Of a DNA stretch of 64,000 nucleotides, positions 40,401 to 51,800 are shown in pieces. The stretch covers positions 98,084,001 to 98,148,000 of the forward strand of contig JANJGN010000012.1 of NCBI GenBank assembly GCA_026770705.1, given 5' to 3'. This DNA comes from Isurus oxyrinchus. Taxonomy: Eukaryota. How positions within the stretch are numbered: the first letter of the stretch is position 1; each line of letters opens with the position of its first letter. The notes beneath the pieces were generated by a model that saw only the letters and a program-made list of their open reading frames with translations, made no database searches and was not told the origin of the DNA. Made by a program: the position numbers and the translations under genes.

Positions 40401-43400
40401 TCCAGCTCAATATTTTGGCCACACACCAGGATCACTGCCACCACACCCCTATGTCAAATTTAAATGCCAGGTCAGAATGAATGGAGAATGGCGTGATTCA
40501 CAACTGCTTTTGAAAGTCGTGCAACTGGTCACCTTAACTTTGAGGGGAACTCGGAGGTGAGTTCACACATCTCAGCATAGCGTTGGCGAGGATCCCTGAT
40601 AGGAATGCAAAGTAGTGGTACCATAGATTCCGAGGGGGCAGTCACAGGCAAGTCTCCAAAGCAGTTTCTTTCTAGCTGGCTCTTAGTGTGGGGTTTTGGG
40701 GCAAGGGGGGTGCTAGGCAGCACTGACTGTAAGAAGGGAACCTCGGGGCAAGAGCTCCAATGTGTACGAAGAGTGTGGAAGGTTGCACAACAAACACATG
40801 ACTATGGGGGTTAGAAGTGTTGGCGGAGGGCGGGGGGGGAAAGAAAATAGCCACGCAAATGGAAAAACGGTTCAAAAATGCGGACTCTGCTGCAGCTGAG
40901 ACCGGTTAGCATCAGCTCAATTGACATGCTTGGAGTCAGTCTAGTGAAGCAATTATGTCTACTCAAGCCACACTAATTCCTGAAAGTGCCAATGATTGTT
41001 CCTCTAGTTTTAACACCTCGGGCGGAGACTTCAAAATCAACTGAATGGTATGGAGCAGCAGAACCATTGGACAACTGGATAAACTTGAGGATCCCCTTGA
41101 GAGAAGTGGACAGCACTCCCTGAGGGTATTATGTAGGTTATTGTTATGTAGGCATTGAACGTTCATCCTCCTGGTCCAACAAAACTGCGCAGCCCTTGAG
41201 TGCAGGTTAGGACAATGCTGGCATCTGAGAAGAGACCTCAGGATGCAGTCGAGTGGGTGAAGCTGTCATCACTCCGTCATCTGGGGCAGAATATTTCACT
41301 TGTCGGGCAGATGTGTACCCGACCCGAATGAGCATAAAATGATGCGCGATGACACCAGGCGGGCACCCCGACGTTATCTGCCCACCGGAAAATCCTAGCT
41401 GTGGTGTGGGGCAGAGGTGAGTGGGGTTGTGGTGAACCTTCATGCGCAGCAAACACTGGACAGACATTTGAGGGGGTCTTGAGACGCAGACGCGGGCGAT
41501 GACTTGAGCAAGAGTGGCGCTTAGGAGACAAATGCTGACGCTCATGTCTCTCTCTTTGATACTGCAGTGAAGAGACTATCAGGAAGGTGAAGCCCGGTGA
41601 TTTTGCTGTCCACGTCATTGCCGATAGGCAGTAGATAAAAAGGAGAAGAATGTGACAGAGACGTCTGCTCTCCAAAGGGAGGAGCAGAACCCTCAAAACA
41701 GTTGGGTGGCAAAGGCCTCCTCCGCACACAGCGGATGATCCCCACAGAGCCGTTGTTCGTAGGCACTGTGATGGTGCAAGTGCTACCTGCAGATTAGCGA
41801 GAACCAGTGTTGCCAATGCCTGTGCCTGTCAAGGTAACTGGTCACTCACATATGCCACCTTCTGCAGGATTTGGTGCCATGGGGACTTGGAGGGCATCCA
41901 CTGCCAAGGGCAGTGAAAGTTACCACCATGCTTAATTTCTACAGCAGTGGCTCCTCCCAGGGCTCCACTGGGTACCTATGTGGGATTTTGCAAGTCTCCA
42001 CAAATCTATCCAGGAGGTCACGACACCACTTTTGTCAAAGTACACAACTTTGACAGAGACCAGGTGAGCCAGTAAGCAAGGGTGCTGGGATTTGTTGAGA
42101 TTTCCAGTCTCCCACAGGTGCTGGGTGCCATTGACTGTACTCATGTGGCTCTAAAATCACCCTAGCACCAAGCAGTCCAGTATGTGAACCAAAGGCTTCC
42201 ATTTGTCCAATGTTCAGCTGGTCTGCGGCCATAATAAACGGATCATGCAGGTGTGTGCAAAATACCATGGAAGCATCCACAACTCGTACATTCTCAGCAG
42301 GCCTCAGATCTCTGACATCTTCCAGGGCCACACTGGCTGCAAGGTTGGCTTCTCGGGGACAAGGGATATAAAGGGATATGGCTGATGATGCCCGTGCGGC
42401 GGCCTCAGACATCTGCTGAGGGAATGTAAACGCGGCTCATACCATAACCTGGAGTTTGGTTGAGCACACTACTGGTACCCTGAAAGTGAGGTTCCAGTGC
42501 CTCAGTAGATCTGGCGGAGCACTGCAGTGCACTCCCCAGAGGGTGTCACGCATCATCGGGGCTTGCTGCGTGCTACACATCCTGGCGATGCAAAGTGGGT
42601 AGGACATGGATGATGGGAAGATGGATGTGCTGCACCTTCCCTCTGATGAGGAGGAAGTCAAAGAGGATGAGGGTGATGAGGTCCTGGAAGGTGAGGGTGC
42701 AGGTGATGAGGCCATTGCAGTGGCCAGATGAGGCAGGCGTGCTCGTGAGGCTCTCAATGCCACAAGATTCCAGAAGGATGACGATGAGCTGCAGTGAGGA
42801 CACTCCTGAGATCTTCACATTGCATCTGGGAACGTCTGCCACATGTTCGGCTGAGGGCAGCCCTTGTGAAGAGACTTATATCATGGAAATGTTGCTGAGA
42901 AACAGTGGCCACATGGACTTTAACAGCACTTGATCCTTTGACAGGCTTCATCACCTGTTCTTTTTAGCAGCAGACCTTCACCTGTCAGGAATGGTCTCGA
43001 GATGGGGGTGCAGTCCTGCCTCTAAGGTGCTGTGAGCACACAGAGAACATCGCGGATTCCTGTATGAGATTCTTGCAGCAAATGCAAGCCACACTGAGGC
43101 ACAGGCATCACTGATCTGGGGAGTGACTTTAAAGCCAGATAATTGCTGTGGTCAGGAGGTTACACACTGCACAGGGGAGAGGCCCTGGACTGTGACACTT
43201 GCCTTCATTTTGTGCTGGAACCAAGGTTTCACTTTTGATTGACACGAACATTGCTCATCATAACAAGGAGCCATAGACAAGGAGACATTCTTGGGAGTGT
43301 ATTTACAATTGTGAACATTAAGTACAAGTGATTAACACTCATGGCCACTTTGTATAATTACATTGTCTTGAAGTGGTTATGGTACTGGGTTTGTAACCCC

Positions 43401-44960
43401 AAGATCAAGAGTTCAAATCTCACAATGGCGAACTATGAAACAATGTAACTTCATCTGAGACAGGTGGAAATGGGTTTGTACTCGAAAGAAATCAAGAGTT
43501 CAAATCTCACAATGGCAATCTATGAAATAATGTAACTTCATCTGAATAGCAACAGATGGAAATATGTTTGTACTCAAAAGAGATACAAATTAGGAACACT
43601 TTAGAGGCCTTCCGTGCTCGGTGGGCACCGCGGGGACTGGGGTGTTTTGTTGACCCCTTTAATCACATTTTGATTTAAAGTTTGTAAGTTTCCTTTAAAC
43701 TTTGTTCTTGGTTTTACAGCTGACCTGAATTAGGGGCTGTGCCTGATTTGTCCCGATTTTGTTGATTTGGTTTTCATTTAAAAGATTATCAAGAGTTCAA
43801 ATCTCACAATGGCAAAACTATGAAACAATGTAACTTCATCTGAAACAGATGGAAATGGGTTTGTACTCGAAAGAGTATCAAGAGTTCAAATCTCACAATG
43901 GCAAACTATGAAACAATGTAACTTCATCTGAATAAACAGATGGAAATGGGTTTGTACTCGAAAAGTTACATTGTCTTGACCTTTCTATCCCTGCTGCTAC
44001 TTCTTGGTGCATCCCTGACATCCACAGCAGAGGTGGAAGCAGTCTGTTGACTGCTATGCCCTGTTGTCTGTGATGTCATTGGTGGGTATCCCCTAGAGGG
44101 CCGAGACCTGGAGGGGCCCGGCCTGCTTTCACTGTCCTGCTATGTGGCAGCGCTGGAGCTGCTGGTGTCACAGGAAAAGGGGTTTGGGATTGGCCAGTCA
44201 CTCCTTGAGATACCTGGGTGGATGACCCCGGGGTGTGCACCTGCTGATTCTCCTTCCTACGGGTGCTTGAGGGCCCCTGGCTGACTCCATGAGAGGAAGG
44301 GGCAGCTGGAGGGAGCTCAAGGTGTCCCCACACACTCTTGCATAGACACTGATGGATGCCAGCAAGTGCCCTACTGATGGAGTGTAGCTTCTGCACTAAT
44401 GCAGGACCAATGTCCTGGACCAAGGTCTCCACGGCAGCAGCCACCCTACCAGTGTTGACATCGGTGTGTTGGTATGCCGGCGCTATCACTTTGGTCTGAA
44501 GCCAGACAGACTCTTCCATTGTGCCTTGCAATTTGAAGTGTGCAGCAGACATCCCTTCCTAATGTTCCCGAGCTTGTCTTTGCAGCTCCAGCAACTGAGA
44601 TATCACTGAGTCCAGAGGCTCCTTATCTGAACCGGACTCAGCAGATTCCTGGCCTCCAGCAATTTTCCAAGTGCCGGCACTCTGGGTTGACCCTGCTTCC
44701 TCCAGCTGTGGATCAGACATGGTGATTTGCTCACCAGATTGTGACCCTGAGACTACTCTAGAACTGGGTCCAACTGAGGCATGTCTCTGTGCTGGTGGGG
44801 TGTGGGTGAACGCTGTGACAGGTCTTCAATGTTGGTGTCTTCCTTTGGAGAGTGCTAGCCCTGTGTAGGGGTAGCCTTTAAATATGGGACCCAGATTATT
44901 GAAACTCTGAGGTCATGGTGGGGCAGCAAAATCCGAGTCTGCCCCTCCAGCGATCCAATG
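40400..44960. mobile_element. PIF/Harbinger copy D (transposase + at about 41590-42800; Myb remnant - at about 43360-44860)
   Basis: GAIDCTHV near 42125, NVQLVCGHNKRIMQVCAKYHGSIHNSYIL, GDKG, VEHTTGTLKVRFQC; 41200-41270 matches copy E 50010-50090; a mini-MITE sits at 41284-41400. Confidence 0.85.
43372..43965 (+). mobile_element. tRNA-derived tandem SINE / Tx1-like LINE tail chimera
   Basis: 14-bp TSD TTACATTGTCTTGA at 43358-43371 and 43966-43979; A-box-like AGTGGTTATGG, B-box GAGTTCAAATC; four 87-100-bp units; central NTLEAFRARWAPRGLGCFVDPFNHILI* at 43595-43678. Confidence 0.8.
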
Positions 44961-45486
44961 TAAAACCTGTGCCTCTGATTTTTTTTCACAATGTTCCACA
45001 CGATATGGCGTGAAATTCCATCAGTGATGTCAGCAGATCCAGTGCCGATTTCTCCACCTGATATAGGACTTTGCCAATTTAAGGGAAGATCTGGCCATCG
45101 AAATTCAATGTGCATTAGGCGAATGTGAAAGGGTTCCATCGACTTTCCATTGTATTATGATGGTCCCTCACCAAAACTAGACTTGGTGAATTTCAAGATG
45201 TCAAATAACAACACAAGATGTGTAATCAACACACCAAATTTTTTGGTAAAAGGACTTTGAACTTATAAATGTCACATGGTGAGGAAGCCATTTTGTTATC
45301 TGCTTTTAAGAAGCTGTACCATCAAAAAACCATCAGATCATCTGCGAGTCATCTAAGCAGCCAAGATAATAAAGACCAACGCCTTTAAAATGAGAGAAGG
45401 GCTCCCCACCCTCCAACTAATACTTTGTAATAACATTCCCATCTATTTCTGGCCTCTGACGTCAATCCAACCAGAGTGCACACTGT

Positions 45487-46227
45487 GATCATGATTTTAC
45501 AGGACTCCAGGGAGTTTTCTGGGAGGCAGGTTGGATGAGAAAGATGGGTGGTAAAATCTGGTTGGACGGCAGGGGTGGAGTGTCTATCGCCTTCCTGCTG
45601 CAGCTGGAATTTTACCAGTAGCAGGGAAGGCAGCAGACCACCCAACCATCTTTAGGCTAATTTACGGCCTTAAGTTAAGGAACGCTTAAGGGTCTCTTTC
45701 TGCTGTTGCTGGTATATTACCAGTGGCAATGGGCTCAGACATGTGGGAAGTCACCAGGTATGCCCTGGAAGCCTCCCTGCAGGCTCAGGAATGCTCTCCT
45801 TTTCAGACACGCTGTGGCCCATGGAGGGTCCCTGCAGTGGCAACGGCAAATCCCACCCCCCTGCCCTAGTGACCTGTTCCCCTCCCAACCAGCAAGGCTT
45901 GCTTGATTTGAATGTTGCTTGCCATGGCCACTTGTCTGCACTTAGGGCATCCATCATGGGGGCTGTTCAGGACTGGCTGCAGTTCCAGCAGTGGCCACCA
46001 CTGTCAGTGGTACTGATGGGACTGAAGAGCTGCCAGTCCTCCTTTTGACCAGAAGCACTTGGGGACTGGGAAAACCTATATTAGAAGAGTGTAAGCCATG
46101 ACTGCAGGCAATTAGCTGCCTGATCAACGTAAAGTTCAGTAAGGACTTTGTGACTGATCAAGGCAGCATTGCCCTAGATGTAACAGCTGGTGGATGAGGC
46201 CACCATCGCCCTGTAAAATGCCAACTT
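45487..46227. mobile_element. Harbinger-type MITE (family 2-like)
   Basis: ATTTTACAGG ... CCTGTAAAAT inverted ends; internal similarity to 31277-32100. Confidence 0.55.
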
Positions 46228-46559
46228 GTAGGCTTTATTACCATTAAATATTGTGAGGATTATTCAGATTGTCCTCCATATTTTATACAGAAGATCAACA
46301 GAAACCTCCAAGAAATTATATAAACAGTGTTTACTCACCATCTTTTTAAAAAATTGTGTTAACAATATTCCTGCAAGTATTTAAGAGTGTTAGCATGGTT
46401 TAGTTTGATTGATATGCCTGAATATAGGTTTACCACAAATATAGGCATTTAAATTAGAATGTCCAAATCATCACCTATGAGTAACCCAATTTTAAATAAC
46501 TGAAAATAGCTTTAAAACGTTATACAGAAGTATTCACTGGCTTCATTCGTGTTTTTTTT

Positions 46560-46920
46560 AATGCGTTCAAGGGATGTGGGCATCACTGGATGGCCATCAT
46601 TTATTGCCCATCCCTAATTGCTCTTGTTCAGATGGCGTTTAAGAGTCAACTACATTGCTGTGGGTCTGGAGTCACATGTAGGCCAGACCAGGTAAGGTCA
46701 GCTGATTTTCTCCCCTAAAGGACATTAGTGAACCAGGTGGGTTTTTACAACAATGTTCAATGGTTTTGTGATCATCATCAGACCTTTAATTCCAGATTTT
46801 TATTGAATTCAAATTTTGCCAAATGCCATGGTGGGATTCCAACCCAGGTCCTCAGAGTATTACCCTGGGTCTCTGAAATACCAGTCCAGTGGCAATAGCG
46901 CTATGCTACCACCTCCCCCA
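46560..46920 (-). mobile_element. tRNA-derived SINE with LINE-derived tail
   Basis: Minus-strand head GGGAGGTGGTAGCATAGCG..GGGTTGGAATCCC; tail GCAATTAGGGATGGGCAATAAATG shared with the LINE at 1434-1995. Confidence 0.8.
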
Positions 46921-47429
46921 AACAGTACAGTGTACAGTAATCAGTTTCTTAGTAAACTGTAAAGGAAAATAATGCTTCTTAGTGTCCTTGCACCTAAAAA
47001 AAGCTTAATTTTTAAGATCAATCCTGACGACCAACATAACTAGCAGCAACTCATAATAGTGATCAATTCACCCTCTGGCTCTGGCCAATTTAACATAATG
47101 TTCCTTAAATTAGCACAAAGGATCACCAAAACACAATTTGTGCTGGTTGCAATTTGCATTTGAAATTCATCAATATTGCATGCTGGTTTGACCAATTTTG
47201 CTGAAAAAAATAGTGCAACCTAGCAGAAACTCAATATCACGATCTTTTCCATGTCTATTCAATAGTTTTGTAGATAGGGGGAAGTAGCCAAAGAGTATTA
47301 CTATTCAAAATAATAAATATAAATTAAGGCCCTTGTTATCAATTGAGGAATAATTTACTGACAGTCAAACAATGGTTCTTATAATCTTATCTGACTAGTA
47401 TTTGTTTGTATTCTGTCTTGCTTTAAGCA

Positions 47430-48368
47430 CCATCTGAGGTGCTGTTCCTCCAGTTTGCGTTGAGCTTCACTGGAACAATGCAGCAGGCCAAGGACGGACA
47501 TGTGGGCATGAGAGCAGGGTGGAGTGTTAACATGGCAAGCGACAGGGAGGTCTGGGTAATGCTTGCGGACAGACTGAAGGTGTTCTGCAAAGCGGTCGCC
47601 CAGTCTGTGTTTGGTCTCTCCAGTGTAGAGGAAACCGCATTGGGAGCAACGAATGCAGTAGACTAAATTGAGGGAAGTGCAAGTGAAATGCTGCTTTACT
47701 TGAAAGGAGTGTTTGGGCCCTTGGACGGTGAGGAGAGGGGAAGTAAAGGGGCAGGTGTTGCACCTTCTGCGGTTGCATGGGAAGGTGCCTGCTGCTTTGT
47801 TCCAGTGAAGGTCAACACAAACTGGAGGAACAGCACCTCATCTTCCGACTACGAACTTTACAGCCTTCTGGATTGAATATTTTCAACAATTTTAGATCAT
47901 GAACTCTCTCCTCCATTCCCACCCCCTTTCCGATACCTCTCCTTTTTTTCCCAATAATTTATATAGATTTTTCTTTTCCCACCTATTTCCATTATTTTTA
48001 AAAGTATTTCCATCCATTGTTTTATCTCTACCTTTTAGCCTTTTTTGATTCCTTCACCCCACCCCATCCCCACTAAGGCTATCTGTACCTTGCTTGTCCT
48101 GCTTTCTACCCTTAATTAGCACATTCCTTGCATAATATCGCCACCTTCAACACCTCTTTGTCCTTTTGTCTATGACATCTTTAGGCTATCTCCACCTATC
48201 ACTGGCCCTCTATCCAGCTCTACTTGTCCCGTCCCCCCTTAAACCAGCTTATATTTCACCTCTCTTCTACTTTTGCTTGGTTTGTTGAAGAGTCATATGG
48301 ACTCGAAACGTTAACTATGTTCCTCTTCGCAGATGCTGCCAGACCTGCTGAGTTTTTCCAGGTATTTT
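47430..48368. mobile_element. PLE 3' fragment with inverted GIY-YIG segment
   Basis: 47430-47790 (-) matches 56140-56480; 47790-48368 (+) matches the PLE 3' end and pseudo-LTR. Confidence 0.85.
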
Positions 48369-51300
48369 TAAGAAGATGTAATTGCACAGTTGGGCACTTG
48401 TACAGAATGTTGATGATTGTAAATACAAATCATGTCTTCATGTCTATAGCTCCTTGTTATGATGAGCAGTGTTTGTGGAAATCAAATGTAAAACCTTGGT
48501 TCCTGCACAAACTGAAGGCAAGTGTTGCAGTCCAGGGACACTCCCCTGTGCAGTGCGTAACCTCCTGACCACAGTGATTGGCCCATTTCAGAGTCACTCT
48601 CCAGATCAGTGATGCTTGCACCTTGATGTGGATTGCTGTAAGAATCTCATACCCAAGCGTCACAGGGTTCCGTGATATTCTCTGTGAGGTCTCAGCATCT
48701 TAGAGGTGGGACTGCCCCCCCCGCCATCTCGACACCATTCCTGACAGGTGCAGGTGTGGTGCTGAAGGGAACATGGAGCCACGATGATGTGTGACACCCT
48801 CTGGGGAGTGTACTGCAGTTCTCCACCAGATCTGATGAGGAACCTCATTTTTCAGGATCCCAATGGTGTGCTCCACCAAAGTCTGGGTTGCAGCATGAGC
48901 CTCGTTGTACCTTCTCTCAGCAGGAGTCTGAGGCCGCCACACGGGCGTAATCAGCCACATCCGATGTAGGTATCTTTTGTCCACGAAGAGCCAACCCTGC
49001 AGCCTGTGTTTTCCCTGGAAGATGTCAGGGATCTGAGACCTGCTGAGGATGTAAGAGTCATGGACGCTTCCATGGTATCTTGCACACACCTACATGATCT
49101 TTTTGTTGTGGTCGCAGACAGCTGAACATTGAGAGTGTGGAAGACTTTGCGGTTCACATACTGGGCTGCTTGTTGTCAGGGAGATTTAAGAGCCACGTAA
49201 GTCCAGTCAATGGCACCCTGCGGGAATCCGTAATCCTGTGGTAATCTCAGCAAATCCCAGCGCTCTTGTTTCCTGGCTCACCTGATCCCTGTCAAAACTG
49301 ACAAAGTTGTGTACCTTGGCAAAAGTAGCATCCATGACCTCTTTGATGCATTTGTGGGTGGATGCTTGTGAGATCCTGCACAGGTTCCCAGTGGATCCCT
49401 GGAAGGAACCACTGCCATAGAAATTGAGCACGGCAGTAAGTTTCACTGCCACTGGCAGTGGATGTCCTCCGAGTCCCCATGGCGCCAAATCCTGCAGAAG
49501 GTGGCATATGTGAGTGACCAGATCCCTTGACATGTGCAATTGTCGGTGACACTGGTTATTACTCATCTGCAGGTAGCACATGCACTATCTATAGACCCTG
49601 CGTTTAGTGAGGCACCTGTGAATAACAGCTGTCGGGGGTTTAACCTCTGTGTGTGGAGGATGCCATGCCACCCCTTGAACTTGAGAGTTCTGCTCCTGCC
49701 TTTGGTGAGCTAGGTGCCCTTGTCGCATTCTTCTCCTTCTTCTTTCCTGCCTATAGCAATTAGGCGAGATCACCAGACTCCATCTTCCTGATAGCCTCCT
49801 TATTGCAGTATAAAAGAGAGAGACACAAGGGTCAGCAATTGTCTCCTAAGGACCACTCTTGGTCAGGATATCACCTGCGGTTGCCTCTCAAGGCCCCTTA
49901 ATGCATGCCAGAGAGTCCAGTCCACACATCGACGCTCAGTGTTTTGTGTGCATGATGGCTCAACATGCCCACACCCAGCACTGGCCCACACCACATGACT
50001 GAGTGTTGACAGCTTTGGCCACTCGACTGCATTCTGAACTTTCACATTAGGCAAAGCCATTGTCCTAACCTGCATTCTAAGGCTTCAAGGTTTGCTAGTG
50101 CCAAGAGGGTGACTCTTCAATGTCAACATAAACATAATGCAAGAGATTAGGAGCTCATCCCTCCGTCAGTGTTCCATGGCCACCTTTCCCAAAGGGAACC
50201 TCAAGCTTGGCCAGTTGCCCAATAGTTCTGTAGCACCATAGCTCTCATTCGATTTTGAAGTGTATGCAGGATGGGGTTAAAAGTAGAGGAGCAGCATTGG
50301 CACTCTCAGGAATTAGTGCTGCTTGAGTGGGTACTGTTGTTTGACTATCCTCACTCTAGGCATGTCAATGGAGTCAAGCTAGATGGTCTCAGCTGCAGAA
50401 GAGTGTTCAACTTCGACATGTTTTTCCATTTGCCTGGCTGTTTTCTTACCCCCATACCCTGACATGTCTTAGTGTGCAACCTTCATTCTGTGCTGCCATC
50501 ACCCCCCCACCCCCCCCCCACCCCCCCATGCACTGTTGCCCTAGCCCTGAGGCCCCATCTCTCCAGCACTGTTGCCCTAGCCCTGAGGTCCCCTTCTCTC
50601 CGGCACTTTTACCCTAGCCCTGAGTCCCCATCTCTCTGGCACTGTTGCCCGAGCCCTGAGGTTCCATTCTCTCTGGCACTGTTGCCCTAGCCCTGAGACC
50701 CCATCTCTCCGGCACTGTTGCTCTAGCCTTGAGTCCCCGTCTCTCCGACACTGTTGCCTTAGCCCTGAGTCCCCATCTCTCTGGCACTGTTGCCCAAGCC
50801 CTAAGGTCCCCTTCTCTCCAGCACTGTTGCCCTAGCTCTGAGTCCCCATCTCTCCGGCACTGTTGCCCTAGCCCTGAGGCTCCCTTCTCTCCATCATTGT
50901 TGCCTGAGCCCTGAGGTTCCAATCTCCCTGGCACTATTGCCCGAGGCCTGAGGCTCCCTTCTCTCTGGCACTGTTGCCCTATCCCTGAGGTCCCCTTCTC
51001 TCTAGCACTGTTGGCTGAGCCCTGGCACTACAAGCTAGCCATAAAGAAGCTGCTGTGGTGACTTGCCTGTGAAATCCCTGAATCCACTTCCTTGCATTGA
51101 GATCCTCGTGAGCACTGTGCTAAATTGTGTGCATTCAGTAAAGGCAGTTGTAAATCATACTGTTTAAAATCATGCCAATGTGGGATTAAAATTTGATGTG
51201 GGGGGTGATTCCAGAGTGTGGAAACAAGAATGAATTGCAAATGTATTTAAATTAAATTCCTGATGCCCGATGACGGGAAATGTGGTTCTCCATTTATCAG

Positions 51301-51422
51301 GGGAGGGGACAATTGCCTCCCGGATCTACATCACTGGGAAATGCACCTAGGCCCTTCTCGCCAGATTTTCTGATTTTGCCACCAAACACGCCGGTCTCAA
51401 CTGGGCGCAGAAAATCTTGGCC
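48368..51422 (-). mobile_element. PIF/Harbinger copy E (transposase - at about 48760-49783; Myb side lost)
   Basis: CARYHGSVHDSYIL..DKRY..RYNEAHAATQTLVEHTIGILK; GGHPLPVAVKLTAVLNFYGSGSFQ; terminal AAAATCTTGGCC. Confidence 0.88.
50530..51025. repeat. Minisatellite, unit of about 37-38 bp (GGCACTGTTGCCCTAGCCCTGAGGTCCCCTTCTCTCT), about 13 copies
   Basis: Directly visible tandem units inside Harbinger E. Confidence 0.9.
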
Positions 51423-51689
51423 AATGTTTCTTTTGTCCACGGTGAAACAGAAAAATGAACCGGCTGGAATGCTATCATTGTTTTCCTGATTGTCCATCTT
51501 TAAAGGGATGTGTGAATCCCCCTGATGATTATGAATGTCCATTTTTATTGAGGCATTTGCTTGAGACTTAGGACTGTCTGGAGATCAAAATGACAAAGAT
51601 CACATAATTTGCAGTGGCCATTTTAATAGTCTGCTTGTGTTCAAAATTTTAAAGTATTGACTGAAAATACATAATATGCTGGAACATGA

Positions 51690-51800
51690 CGTGACTAGTC
51701 CAATGCACTCCTGGTCAGCCTCCCATATTCTAGCCTCTGTAAACTTGAGGTCATTCAAACCTTGCTACTTATGTGCTTGCTCACACCAAGTCCCAAGTTA
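51690..51800 (+). mobile_element. L2-like LINE fragment
   Basis: TCCAATGCACTCCTGGTCAGCCTCCCA..AAACTTGAGGTCATTCAAA, reading SNALLVSLP..KLEVIQ. Confidence 0.5.

Noticed and set aside
40420-41280. Endogenous viral ORF on the minus strand
   Set aside because: Part of it is homologous to the non-coding upstream region of Harbinger E; no viral motif.
43404-43965. CRISPR-like array
   Set aside because: Units are contiguous with no unique spacers, there are no cas genes, the context is eukaryotic, and the array is bounded by a retrotransposition-type TSD.
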